DNA of 64,000 nucleotides from the human T2T-CHM13v2.0 reference genome, Homo sapiens (GCF_009914755.1 NC_060935.1), one strand, 5' to 3'. Shown: positions 20,135-34,344, counted from the first letter of the stretch. Notes: generated from the sequence alone by a model not told the origin. Numbers and translations: made by a program.

Positions 20135-23100
20135 TCATCTGACAAGGGATTAATAACCAGAATATATAAGGAGCTCAAACAACTCTACATGACAAAATCT
20201 AATAATCCGATGAAAAGATAGGCAAAACATTTAAATGGACATTTTTTAAAAAGAAGACATACAAATAGCAAATATCATTGATTATCAGAGAAATTAAAAT
20301 CAAAATACAATGAGATGTAATTTCACTCCAGTTAAAATGGCTTATATCCACAAGACAGGCAATAACAAATGCTAGCAAGGGTGTAGAGAAAATGGAGCAC
20401 TTGTACACTGTTAGTGGAAATGTAAATTAGTATAAGCACTACAGAGAACAGTTTGTAGTTTCCACAAAAAACTAACATTTTTGCTACCATATGATCCAGC
20501 CATCCCACTACTGGGTATATACTCCAAAAAAGGAAATCAGTATATCAAAGAAATATTTGCACTTCTATGTTTGTTGCAGCACTGTTCACAATAGCTAAGA
20601 TTAGGAAACAATTTAAGTGTCTATCAACAGTGGGATGGATAAAGAAACTCTCGTACATACACACTATGGAGTACTACTTGGCCATAAACAGAATGAGAGC
20701 CAGTCATTTTCAATAACATGATGGAAATAGAGGTCATTATGTTAAGTGAAATAAGCCAGGCAGAGGAAGACAAACATTGCATTTTCTTACTTACTTGTGG
20801 GATCTAAAAATATAAACAATTGAACTCACAGACATAGAGAGTAGAGGAATGGTTACCAGAGGCTGGAAGGGGTAGTGGGGGAATTGGGTGGGAGGTGAGT
20901 TAATAAGTACAAAAATAATATTTAGAATGAATAAGACCTACTAACTGATAGTACAACAAAGTGACTACAGCCAATAATTACTTAACTGTACATTTTGAAA
21001 TTACTTAGAGTGTAATTGGATTATTTGCAACTCAGTGGAAAAATGTTTGAGGGGATGGACCCTCCATTCATCATGATGTGCTTTGCATGGCCTATATCAA
21101 AACATCTCATGTACACTATAAATAAACAAACCTACTATGTACCCATAAAAATTAGAAATAAAAAAATTAAGTCAAAACAGAAAACTGTATTGCTACAACC
21201 CTGGAGTGTGAAATGATGTTTGTCCACATGAAACTTGAAATACAGACTTTATTGGGACTAAGTCCTTATTTTATTACTAAATCTATCACAACATTCTGAA
21301 TATAAACAAAAGCCATTTTCATTGGAAGAGTCAAGAAAATATTGGTCCATTTCTAATAGAATATTTTTGTGGTAATCATGCATTGTCTGATGAGCAACTT
21401 GGTTCTTTCACTGCTTTTATCACAGATAATCATTTAGTTTTCTGTGCGTGCTCAGCAACAAACAAGACACAGAAGTTAATAAAACAATTTGACTTTTTAA
21501 CAACTATTGGGATTTGCTTTCAACTTATGGGTTTTAGATATACAACCTTTTCTTACTTTATTCATGAAGTAACATGCACAAGAATACAGCTTGTATTTTC
21601 CAAAGAGTGAACTTTCCTTTCCATAAATATATCTGTGATAACAGAATTTAAAAAGGATTTTAATTGTGTCAGCACCAATTTTCTAAGAACCTTATTTCTT
21701 TTCTCAGAAAAGATAAATCCAGAGAAATGTGTGGGTTTGAAGTTTGTTGCTGCTTATAATAGAAACTAAATAGAAGTCCATTTCTTGGTAATCCAGTTCA
21801 ACAGCAAACTGAATCTGCTTTTATTTCCCTTTTTTTCTTACTTTTCTTTGAACTACAGAAGAAAGTGATTGCTTCTCTTTATAATGAGAATCAACCTCAA
21901 GAAAGGCGAACACTCTGTACTATGATATTCAACTGAAAAATAAAACACAGATATTGATACTATTCTAAGAATTAATACATCTTTCTCAGGATGTGAAGTT
22001 ACATGACCTCATCAAAAGTTAACTGAAAAGGGCCTCAGAGGGCTAAGATTAGACGCAAGTGTAACATTGATTTACTGATGTCCACAAGGATGTGGCTCTA
22101 TAAGCTTTAGTAAGAGCATCTGTAAAAGAAGGTGAATAGGTTCATTATATGATTTAAAAATCATGTCCTTTTCTAAAAGCCTTTTATATGATAATAAAAG
22201 CAGGGAACTGGGGTGTTCCTACATTCCCAATTTTAAAAGATTTGTTATTTCTTTAAAAGAGTGCAATTTTGCTACTTCAGTTGCCATTCTACATATTTAA
22301 GACCAAATTATTTGTACTGCTCATGTGTACAGTTTCAATGGCCTAGTGATGAGGAGTACATGTGCAATGTCAATTTTTCCTTCCATTAAATTTATGCTCA
22401 CTGAAATAACTTTAAATTAGAGGAAATGGTTTTAAAATGTCATATTATCAAATCATCAGTTATAGATGTGTCTTCATTATACGGAGATTTATTTGGATGA
22501 TGAATCTTCTACTCATTGTTCAGATAATATTGCACTAGTAATTAAGCATTGGGATTTGCCGGCCTAGTTAAATATCGTTCAATTCATGCATCCCTCAGTC
22601 ACATCTGAACTTTTAGTTTGCATTAGTTCATTTTTAACAGAATTCCAATGACTGCAATTAGTGATCCAAAGATAAGTACTTTAGCTTCCTCAGGAGAAAC
22701 TGATGCATACAATATCAATTTGTGTGTCTCTATATAATTCAGCTTTTCTTTGATTAAGCAGCAAAAGGAAATTTCAACGGAATCCATGTAAAATGTTCAA
22801 GTTTGCTGATGTTTCCCTTGTGTGAATTAAACTTAATCAGCAAATCTAGTGGAAAATTTTAGTTTGTAAGTTGGACAATTTGTACTCTGTAATTATTGTC
22901 ATTCAACAAAAGCCACATTCTCAAATTTAGTGGCATTCACTGCATTGTGTAAATAAGCTGAGTCACCTATTTGCATGAGATAAAACTTTCCTTTACTAGG
23001 AACTAATTTGAATTATCACAAAATGAAAACAATGGCTTAATTCCTTTAATGACAAAAATCAGTTCAGTTCCTTTGCAAATTCATGGGTTTAATATCCTGG

Positions 23101-24540
23101 AATAATTTTACCTACTCACAAAATATTTAAGAGTCTCACTTTGTATGAGACTTTTAATTTTATACATTTTTAATTTTATATAACGTCATTTAAAATAAAA
23201 GATTTCTAAAGCATAGCCACATGAGAATCTACATAAAATGCTCTAAAACATACATTTGGAAAAAAATAAAATCCTTTTGGAATAACTTTTTTTCAGTGCC
23301 TTAGAACCTGTAGTAGAGCCTTAAGGTCCAATGAGTCAGCATACACCTTTTTACATACTTGAAGTTCATGTGGCCAATGTAGCATTCCAGTGTTCTCAAT
23401 CTTTTTGTTTCCCTTGATCCTGAAACTATATACGTAACAATATCTGGGCTCAGCACAAACTTATTGAAGTGAGATTTCCTTTTACTGTTACAGGAAGGGC
23501 AAATCTTATTGCTATTAATTTATTTCCCTTTAACCCTATTGTCTATTGCTGAAGTCTCAAGATCTCACATGATGTTGAAAACAGAAATTTGTAAAGTGAT
23601 CTGAGAAATAGAAATAGCTATCTTGCATCCTTGAAGTTTATGTTCGTAGCATTTTGTTTAAAATGTCTTTAATTTACATTTTAATGTTTTTATTTCAATT
23701 AAGTTAGGCATTTGAGTAGGCATAAAAATTCCTTTCTGCTTTTATCTGCATAACCTAAATTCTATAGAATCTCCACTTGGTTATCACTGAAATAAGCTAA
23801 TTTTCATCATCATTTAACAAAATGATTTTCTCGTCTTTGTAGAACCCAAATGTGAGAATAAGTTGGTTTTGAAAAATAATTAATAAACTTAAATGCTCTT
23901 ACTTATATTAATATCTAGAAACTAACACTGAACATATTTCCTTAAGGGTAAACAAATTTTATTCAAAATGTTAGCAATGTGTTTTACTGAACAATACATT
24001 TTGGGATATTTTATTCAACAAGTATTAAACTTTTCCTGCTATATATTCATAAAACTGCATCAGTGTTTCATTAAAGAACATATTTAAATTGTATATATTT
24101 TTTGTATTGCTTTGGTTTCTTTCAAATTATCTATGTTAGAATATGTCAAATGCTAGCTCCCCAAAAGAACCAACAAAATAAATTATTGATAAGGAAACCT
24201 GAGTATATCACTTATAGCAGTAAATAGGGTCATCTTTTTGACAGAGCCTTTGTAGCATTTCAGAATGACAAGAGCAAAGTTGGAATATTTATGAAACTTT
24301 TCTTAGGGGTCATGTTTAAGGCAGCTTTTTCATGTGGGGACTTGAATCTACTTGGTAAGGATCATAATATAAAAATTTAGAATTGGTGGACTCAGGGTGG
24401 TAAGACTTGCAAGGTAAGATTTTTATAGCAAGTCTAAGAAAGTAACTGTCATTTGATGCTATTTATTAAAAAGTTGAGTAGTCTGATGTTTGTTTAAAAA
24501 GACTTGCTAAAAGTTCCTTTAAAAAGTTCATTTAAATAGG

Positions 24541-26234
24541 TTTTTTTTTTTTTTAATTTTACTTTAAGTTCTAGGGTACATATGCACAACGTACAGGTTT
24601 GTTGTATATGTATACATGTGCCATATTGGTGTGCTGCACCCATTAACTCGTCATTTAACATTAGGTATATCTCCTAATGCTATCTCTCCCCCCTCCTCCC
24701 ACCCCACGACAGGCCCAGGTGTGTGATGTTCCCCACCCTATGTCCAAGTGTTCTCATTGTTCAACTCCCACCTATGAGTGAGAACATGTGGTGGTTGGTT
24801 TTTTGTCCTTGCGATAGTTTACTTAGAATGATGGTTTCCAGCTTCATCCATGTACCTACAAAGGACATGAACTCATCCTTTTTTATGACTGCTTAGTATT
24901 CCATGGTATATATGTGCCACATTTTCTCAATCCAGACTATCATTGTTGGACATTTGGATTGGTTCCAAGTCTTTCCTATTGTGAATAGTGCTGCAATAAA
25001 CATACATGTGCACGTATCTTGATAGCAGCATGATTTTTAATCCTTTGGCTATATGCCCAGTAATGGGATGGCTGGGTCAAATGGTATTTGTAGTTCTAGA
25101 TCCTTGAGGAATCACCACACCGTCTTCCACAATGGTTGAAGTAGTTTACAGTCCCACCAACAGTGTAAAAGTGTTCCTATTTCTCCACATCCTCTCCTGC
25201 ACCTGTTGTTTCCTGACTTTTTAATGATCGCCATTCTAACTGGTGTGACATGGTATCTCATTGAGGTTTTGATTTGCATTTCTCTGATGGCCAGTGATGA
25301 TGAGCATTTTTTCATGTGTCTGTTGGCTGCATAAATGTCTTCTTTTGAGAAGTGTCTGTTCATATCCTTCACCCCCTTTTTGATGGGGTTGTTTGATTTT
25401 TTCTTGTAAATTTGTTTAAGTTCATTGTAGATTCTGGATATTAGCCCTTTGTCAGATGGGTAGATTGTAAAAATTTTCTCCCATTCCATAGGTTACCTGT
25501 TCACTCTGATGGTAGTTTCTTTTGCTGTGCAGAAGCTCTTTAGTTTAATTAGATCCCATTTGCCAATTTTGGCTTTTGTTGCCATTGCTTTTGGTGTTTT
25601 AGTCATGAAGTCCTTGCCCATGCCTATGTCCTGAATGGTATTGCCTAAGTCTTCTTCTAGGGTTTTTATGGTTTTAGGTCTAACATTTAAGTCTTGAACC
25701 CATATTGAATTAATTTTTGTATAAGGTATAAGGAAGGGATCCAGTTTCAGCTTCCTACATATGGGTAGCCAGTTTTCCCAGCACCATTTATTAAATAGGG
25801 AATCCTTTCCCCATGTCTTGTTTTTGTCAGGTTTGTCAAAGATCAGATAGTTGTAGATGTGCAGTATTATTTCTGAGGGTACTGTTCTGTTCCATTGGTC
25901 TATATCTCTGTTTTGGTACCAGTACCATGCTGTTTGGGTTACTGTAGCCTTGTAGTATAGTTTGAAATCAGGTAGCATGATGCCTCTAGCTTTGTTCTTT
26001 TGGCTTAGGATTGACTTGGCAATGCAGGCTCTTTTTCAGTTCCATATGAAGTTTAAAGTAGTTTTTTCCAATTCTGTGAAGAAAGTCATTGGTGGCTTGA
26101 TGGGATGGGAATGGCATCGAATCTATAAATTACCTTGGGCAGTATGGCCATTTTCACGATATTGATTTTTCCTATCCATGAGCATGGAATGTTCTTCCAT
26201 TTGTTTGTGTCCTCTTTTATTTCGTTGAGCAGTG
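24541..26234 (-). mobile_element. 5'-truncated L1PA4-like element
   Basis: Poly-T tail and L1PA 3'UTR (ctagggtacatatgcacaacg). Minus ORFs 25112-25489 and 25493-25978 are ORF2 C-terminal fragments. Confidence 0.95.
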
Positions 26235-26280
26235 TTTTGTTTGTTTGTTTGTTTGTTTGTTTGTTTGTTTGTTTGTTTTT
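26235..26280. repeat. (TTTG)n microsatellite at the L1 5' junction
   Basis: About 10 TTTG units ending TTTTT|AA, an L1 endonuclease-like site. Confidence 0.95.
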
Positions 26281-27444
26281 AATCCAAGAGGGAAAACTAA
26301 TACATCAGAATGGACTGTGGGTGATGTCAGAGACTATCTTGAAAGGAGGCACCAGTCTACAAAGTTAACAAATCCCTGTATAATCTCCAGGTAGTAGCCA
26401 GTTGGCTTTTGAGTTTCAAATCTCTTATTTCTCATTGGATATCATCCAGTGATCCAGTCTTCAGTCTCAGTCAAAATACTTCTATGAGTTTTTAAATTGT
26501 ATTACAACACTTTGGCCCTCCTAATCCTGGGGATCTTCAATTTTTAGTTTGATTTACAAAAATACCAGCAAGTCAAGATTTAGATCATCTAATATCCCCA
26601 TGAATAGGGGAATCCTCAGAGATATCAAGGAAGAGATCAGCAAGAGAACATTTAATCCAGTAGCTTCACCTCTACTTAAAATCTCTCTCTATTAAATTAG
26701 TGGATGTGGTATTCCAAAATTGGAAGGAATGTTTCTCAATTGAGGATTAAGGGTGACAGTGGTGGACTACAACATGAGGACTGTTTGAGGATTATTAGAG
26801 ATATCCACCACCTGACTAGTGAATCCAAGGGAGAGGGTATGTAACCAGCCAGGCTTAAAATGGATATTGTAGCATCCCTATCAATGAAAGAATAACGTAG
26901 CGTTGTATTTTAATGTTTAGAAAATATTTCTTCTTGTTGGTTTCAGGGCAAAATAGGAAATAGGGTGCTGATTCTTTCTCAAAGTTACTGTTTCTCAGAA
27001 AACGTTTTCAAATATATTACATAAATATAATTTCAAAATAGGTATTTGGCATTTTAAACTGCAGAAAATGTGGTGAATCTTCAGATGGTATAAATATGAA
27101 AGGTTTCTGCTTTCTAACATATTTTATTTGATTCACAGTATGTAGATATGAATGCTAATGAGATCTGTGAAGAAACAAATGAGTCCAGATATAGAACTAA
27201 GTCTTGAGATAATAATCCGGTTCTATTTAGGAATACATACAAATAATGATCATAGAAAATATTAAGCTGTTGTTGAGGATAATTTCAGCAAGGCAAGGTT
27301 GAATTCATACAACTGAAAACAAAGTATAAAATCTAATTTAAAAAACTCTATTATTCATTCTTTAGTGACTATACTAGTCACTTTAATAGAATTACCTCAA
27401 TTCTCTTTTATAATTTATCCAAAATTCCTATTAAATGTGCATTG

Positions 27445-27565
27445 TCATTATTACCATTTACAGGTGAAAATCCTAAGTCATAAGAAGTTAAATGAATAGG
27501 CCACAATTACACATAGAGTAAATGTGGAATCCCTGATTAGTCTACTTGCAAAGCCATATTCTCCA
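27445..27565. mobile_element. MIR fragment
   Basis: attaccatttacaggtgaaaatcctaagtcataagaagttaaatga resembles the MIR core. Confidence 0.55.
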
Positions 27566-27761
27566 CCAGGATATATGACCTAATAAGGAGCATCACATGA
27601 TAGAGATACAAAGTCATAGAACCACAGAAAAAGTTCTCAGTGGATATCTGATCCAACCTTCCAGAAAAAAAAGAATTGAAATCCACTCTATAAATATTTC
27701 CATTTAACCTTTTAAAAGCACTTTCTCTTTCTACCTTTTGAAAGATTTCCTCTAACCAGGA

Positions 27762-27797
27762 AAACTTATATATATTATATATAATATATATAAGTTT
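27762..27797. repeat. Perfect 36-bp AT-rich palindrome
   Basis: AAACTTATATATATTATATATAATATATATAAGTTT equals its own reverse complement (checked base by base). Confidence 0.95.
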
Positions 27798-28059
27798 ACA
27801 TAACTTTATAAAACATATATAACATAATCATTATATATAAAATTGCATTCTATAATTATTACAAATAAAGTTATATGTGTGTATATATACACATATATAT
27901 GTATATACATATAATTTGCAAGAGCTTAGCATGTATCATATACATTTTAGGCTCTTAGATTTCATGGAAAATAGTAAAGTCACAGACACCTGAGCAAAGG
28001 GAAATAAATAAACAAAATAACCATTTACAATGTCTTTGAAGAAAATAAAACAGGTTGAT

Positions 28060-28760
28060 GGATAAAATGTGACTGGTGGTTACTTTAGATACAGTTATAA
28101 AAAGCAACTTGTATAAAGGAATTTCATGTAAAGTAAAGCAGGAATTACAATACAAAAACAAGCACGTAAAAATGTGGAAAAAAAGAATACTTAATGCACC
28201 CAAAACCATTCTTACAAATTGCCTAAAGCTGGCGATAAACTACATATAGTATATAAAGAAAAAGGAGATTTGTGTATTTACAGCAAACTGACTGAAGGTA
28301 AAAACTCTGAAAAACATGGTTGGAGAAGTAAGCAGAGGAAATAGTTTATATGGCCTGCCATGACTTGTTTAGAACTAAAAATTTTTAGGATTGATGGAGG
28401 GTTTTGATTAGAAAATTATAACCTGATTTATTTTTTAAAAGAATTCTATATGGTTTGAAATGAGCTCCTTATTGCAACAGGTCCAGAAAAGAATGGAAGC
28501 AGACAAGTCTGTTGCTTTTTACCAAATGAAATATGATGGTAGCTTGGACTAGGGATACACAAATGGAAATACTCAGAAGTAGATATTGTTGGGATATGTT
28601 TTGGAGTTAGCACCGAAAGGACTTGGTTATGGAGTAGGTACAGAAAGGAAAAAAAGCATGAATTAATCTTAGGTTTTTATTTTGAGTAATGGGATTTCCA
28701 TACACAAAAATGACAATTACTTGAGAGAAACATTTGACTGGAGAGAGAATTGAGGGCTCC
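28060..28760 (-). mobile_element. L2 fragment
   Basis: gatggtagcttggactaggg, gatatgttttggagttag and ggagaagtaagcagagg resemble antisense L2a. Confidence 0.6.
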
Positions 28761-29006
28761 ATGTTGATATTGATTGGACTTAAGAGATGAAGGCTGTCTC
28801 TTTGCAGTGTTTGCTCATTTGCTTCTTCTAGGCATGGCATGGTCAAAAAGATATCTGTTTCCTATACATAGCAGCTATTGGATGTCCTCTTTCGGGTCAT
28901 TGACACTTGTGTTCTACTGTCGCATGACTTGTTTTCCTTAGCTTTTTTTTGGCATCCTTCAAATACAATTCATTTTTAATATAATTATCCCAAACAATGG
29001 GCTATA

Positions 29007-29930
29007 TGTACGAAAACCAACCGTTTTCCTTTTACATTCACACCACTCTCAATACTTCACTTCTGTGACCAGATTCGTGTGTTTGTGTTTTCCAACATTG
29101 ATCAATTTTCTGACACCAGCTGGGCGTCCAACATTTCAATTCAACTGACTGTTACAGCAGACCCTGCTGGTTACGAGATAAATCCTGTAACACTGGTACC
29201 CACTTCGGACACCAATAGCAGATAGTAAGTCTCTAGATTACCCACAACTTCTGTCTAACTTTAATACAGCTCGAAGGTTCCCATGACCCCTCCATTTTTA
29301 GGTTCGATAATTTGCTAGACTGGCTCACAGAACCTAGAAAAACAGTGCGTTTTCAACTGCCTATTTATTACAAATGATATTCTAAAAGATACGTGTGAAC
29401 AGCCCGATAAAGAGATACACAGGGTGAGGTCTTGAAGGATCCCAAGCACAAGAGCTTCTGTCTTTGTGAAGTTGTAGTGCACCACCCCCAAACTACACAT
29501 AAAATTCACCAACTTGGAGGCTCCCAGAACTCCATCATTCAGAGAATTTGTTATGAGGGTGTCATCACATAGGCATGATCAATTATTCACTCAGTCTCCA
29601 GCCTCTTTCTTCTTCCTGGAGAATGGAAGTGGAAAGGAGTTGATAGTTCCAAGCCTCTAATCATGGTTTGGCCTTCGGGTGATCAGCCTCCATCCAGGAA
29701 CCCACCAAGATTGCTTCTTTAGAAAGAAACACATTCCTATTGTTCAGGAAATTCCAAGGGATTAAAAGCACTAAATCAGGACCTGGGGTAAAAACGAAAA
29801 TATTGTAACAAAAGATGCACCTATCAGTCTTATCACTTAGGAAATTATAAGTGTTTCAGGAGCTCTTTGCCATAAACTAAAGATAAAAACCAAAATGTAT
29901 ATATTTCTTACTGCAAATCACAATATCACA
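29007..29930 (-). mobile_element. MER21 (A/B-like) ERVL solo LTR
   Basis: Ends tcacaatatcaca (reverse complement TGTGATATTGTGA). Internal ggttcgataatttgctagactggctcacagaac and caggaaattccaaggg. Confidence 0.85.
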
Positions 29931-30608
29931 GATATAAGAGGTAAACATAATTGGACACAGAAAAAAAATTGAGATATTTTAAAAAGTTGAATTTTTCAGC
30001 TTTTATGTGAAGTATCACATAAAAGCTTTCTGCTGTAACATATTGACAGATTCTAACATAGTCATCTCTAATGAGTCTCAAAATATGAAATTATGCCACT
30101 AAACTATAAACGCTTTAATGAGGAAGAGAGTTTACTAGGGAGGTAAAGGAAGGAACACTGCCAAAGGAGCTTAGCTCTTGGTTGTGTATGAAAGTTGTGG
30201 TCCTAGGGAGCCAAGGGGAGAATGCAGTTTTCCATGCTGGGAAGAAAATATAGAAGAGGAGAAAAAAGCAGAAGAAATGATATTGTTCAGGAAAAAGAAA
30301 AGCCTGATTTCTGAAGTGGAAAGAAAAAAACAGAACAATTCACGGAGTTATTATAAGCTAAGTTTGGATGAGGGCAAGTGATGAGGCAGTGGGTATTTGA
30401 GTGATATTTTCTTACTTCGGATTCTGTACTTTGAATTAAAGAAATTTAATTATTCAGTTAAATTATTGACAAATTTGGTAATGCCGTTTTGACTGTTCAA
30501 TTTCATCTTGCAAAGAGGAGAGTCAGTGATCCTCACAAATTTTAAAATGAGAAACATCCTAATCATCATTCTATTAAACATCTTCATTTCTACAGATGAG
30601 GAAACCGA

Positions 30609-31990
30609 TGTGTCCGGAATTGCTGGGTTCTTGGTCTCACTGACTTCAAGAATGAAGCCGCCGACCCTCGCGGTGAGTGTTACAGTTCTTAAAGGCGGCG
30701 CGTCTGGAGTTTGTTCCTTCTGATGTTCAGATGTCTTCAGAGTTTCTTCCTTCTGGTGGGTTTGTGGTCTTGCTGGCTCAGGGGTGAAGCTGCATACCTT
30801 CGCGGTGAGTGTTACAGCTCTTAAGGCCGCGCGTCTAGAGTCGTTCGTTCCTCCCGGTGGGTTTGTGGTCTCGCTGGCTTCAGGAGTGAAGCTGGAGACC
30901 TTCGCGGTGATTGTTACAGCTCATAAAGGCAGTGTGGACCCAAAGAATGAGCAGCAGCAAGATTTACTGCAAAGAGTGAAAGAACAAAGCTTCCACAGCG
31001 TGGAAGGGGAAGGGGGGTTGCCACTGCTTGCTTGGGCCGCCTGATTTTATTCTCTTATCTGGCCCCACCCACATCCTGTTGATTGATCCATTTTACAGAG
31101 AGCCGATTGGTCTGTTTTACAGAGAGCTGATTGGTCCATTTTGACAGGGTGCCAATTGGTGTGTTTACAATCCCTGAGCTAGACACAAAAGTTCTCCAGG
31201 TCCCCACTAGATTAGCTAGATACAGAGTGTCCATTGGTGTATTTACAATCCCTGAGCTAGACACAGAGTGCTGACTTGTGCATTTACAAACCGTGAGCTA
31301 GATACAGAGTGCTGATTGGTGTATTTACAATCCCTTAGCTAGACATAAAGGTTCTCCAAGTCCCCACCAGACTCAGGAGTCCAGCTGGCTTCACCCAGTG
31401 GATCCCTTACCAGGGCTGCAGGTAGCGCTGCCTGCCAGTCCTGCAATGTGTGCCGGCACTCCTCAGCTCCTGGGCGCTCGATGGGACCCCGTGCCGTGGA
31501 GCAGGGGGAGCAGGGGGAGGCGCTCGTAGGGGAGGCTCCTGAGGTGCAGGAGCCCATGGCGGGGGCGGGGAGGCTCAGGCATGGCGGGCTGCAGGTCCTG
31601 AGCCGTGCCCTGCCCTGCCAAGAGGCAGCTAAGGCCGGGCGAGAAATCGAGCACAGCAGCTGCTGGCCTAGGTGCTAAGCCCCTCACTGCCCGGGGTTTG
31701 CAGGCCGGCCGGCTGCTCCCAGTGTGGGGCCCACCGAGTCCACGCCCACCTGGAACTCGTGCTGGCCCGCAGGAGGTGCGCACAGCCCCGTTCCCGCCTG
31801 TGCCTCTCCCTCCACACCTCCCCGCAAGCTGAGGGAGCCCGCTCCGGCCTTGGGCAGCCCAGAAAGGGGCTCCCACAGTGCAGCGGCGGACTGAAGGGCT
31901 CCTCAAGCGTGGCCAGAGTGGGCGCCAAGGCCAAGGAGGCGCCCAGAGACAGCGAGGCTGCGAGGGCTGCCAGCATGTTGCCACCTCTCA
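30609..31990 (-). mobile_element. LTR12C (ERV9) solo LTR
   Basis: Ends tgtgtccggaattgctgggttcttggtctcactgacttcaagaatgaagccg and gccagcatgttgccacctctca. Tandem gagctagacacagagtg units and CpG-rich U3. TSD CCGA/CCAA. Confidence 0.95.
31045..31320 (-). promoter_or_regulatory. LTR12C promoter core: CCAAT (NF-Y) boxes plus GATA/AATAAAA box
   Basis: ATTGG at 31106, 31130, 31155, 31233 and 31315. AGATAAGAGAATAAAA on the minus strand at 31045-31060. Confidence 0.7.
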
Positions 31991-33519
31991 CCAAGACTCA
32001 GACAATTGAAATGGGTCCAGACTGACCCACCTAGAACCCAGGTGTCCTACATTCACTTTAACAGCTGTGTCAAGGTTTGGGGCTTTTCTTTAATAGAAGT
32101 TACTTATTACATTCAGACTTTTCAAAATGATGTAATAAATAAGTGGCCCTGATGTTTTATATGCATAAAAGACTTCTGAAGGGAAATGACTGCCACTTTT
32201 ATATACTGGAAAAATGTTTTTCTGTGAAAGAGTAGTGAGATTTTTTTCTATTTTTAATATGTTCTTAGAGGACAAAGCTGAGAGTTTTTTCCCCCCACTC
32301 TATAAAATAATTTTCTAATAATTATGTTATCCAGAAAGTTAACATGGTAAATTTTAACAAAATGCATCTCTTCTCTGCATGGGGCTTAAGCAAGTTGGGC
32401 AGCCACCTGGAGAAAAGAGATACCTCAAGCTACACTAAAAAGCAAACATCGTAAATGTTTGAAGTAAGTAACCTTTAAAGCTCATTCAACCCTAAAATAG
32501 AATTATTCTGTGAGTAAACATTCTCAAACTAGAGAAGGCCTTAATAGTCAACATCATCTAGGGACAGTGTTGAATCATTATTTTGAGACATAATTAGAGC
32601 ATATTTAATAACTAAAGTTATACAGTAGAGGAATTTTCAGTGAGATAGTACAAATAGCAATGGTCTAAAAGTGGCCAAAATTAATTCAAAATGGTTAATA
32701 GGATGTCATTAAAATGTACTCTAAAAATACGCATCTCATTCAGTTTCATGGAGAACAAAAGCACTTCTCACTGAAAAATTACTCTGTGTGAATAGAAAAA
32801 TATTTCCAATAATCTAGAAAAACTACAATAGCAAATTCTCCCCAGATTATCAGCACTCGCTTACTGTATTAATGTGTCAGCTACTCTATGCTGCAGAATC
32901 ATAGCACAAGTTTGTGGACTATGACACAGATCAAGTTACTGTGGTGTCCAATGAATTTGTGAGAAGTAGAAAATGCAAGTTGACTTCCTAATGAGGTTTT
33001 CAATTCATAGTAATTATGATATTAATGTTTACAGATTACCTTGCTCTGAATTATATCACTTGATTCTTACAACAGTCTTCTGGACTTGGCAAGACAAGTG
33101 ATGTTTTATCACTTCATAGATGAGGAAACTAGTGATTTCAGATGTAACTTTTATCATATAGCATCATATTATTATCACTATGCATGTTGATATATGTTTG
33201 TTCAGTTCCATCAGACTCTGCCTGTCATGAGTTATTATCACATTGTTTAATCGAAGTATTCATGATATAGTTTAATATCTAGTAAAACAACTAACACTGT
33301 GCAATTTTCATTTTTAATATTTTCATAGATGTTTGCATAATTATTTGTATATCAACATGTTTTTGCATAATTATTTGTATATCAACATTAATATTGACCT
33401 ATCTAATATCATGTAAAAACTTGTTATGTTGGGGGAGGAAGATCATGATAAATTTATAAATTGACTTAAAGTGATGCTTTAGTGATTTTCAGATATCCTA
33501 TCACAATATTTAAAACTAA

Positions 33520-33844
<325 letters not shown>

Positions 33845-34006
33845 TTATATCTTTAATTGATGTCTTTTATTTTATTGCTTTGACTTTTTCATATAGTACA
33901 ATGTAAAATCATGATAAAGGAGATAACAAATTATATCCTTTGGGTAAAAATGTTTGCAGTGTTTTCCATTAAGATTGTACATTTAGTAGAAAGATGTACT
34001 TACCTA

Positions 34007-34344
<338 letters not shown>

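Larger units (their letters stand above)
30560..32060. mobile_element. MIR fragment split by LTR12C
   Basis: catttctacagatgaggaaaccga | LTR | ccaagactcaga...ctagaacccaggtgtcct continues the MIR core across the insertion. Confidence 0.6.

Noticed and set aside
24135-24540. Possible old ERVL LTR split by the L1PA4 (continuing ~26281-26370)
   Set aside because: TG/CA-like ends are suggestive, but I could not match a family with confidence.
31180-31350. Regularly spaced ~40-bp direct repeats resembling a CRISPR array
   Set aside because: These are the standard LTR12 U3 tandem units. There are no unique spacers or cas genes, and the DNA is primate.
31339-32025. CpG-island-like region with several ORFs
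   Set aside because: Entirely LTR12C U3; the ORFs reflect GC richness.
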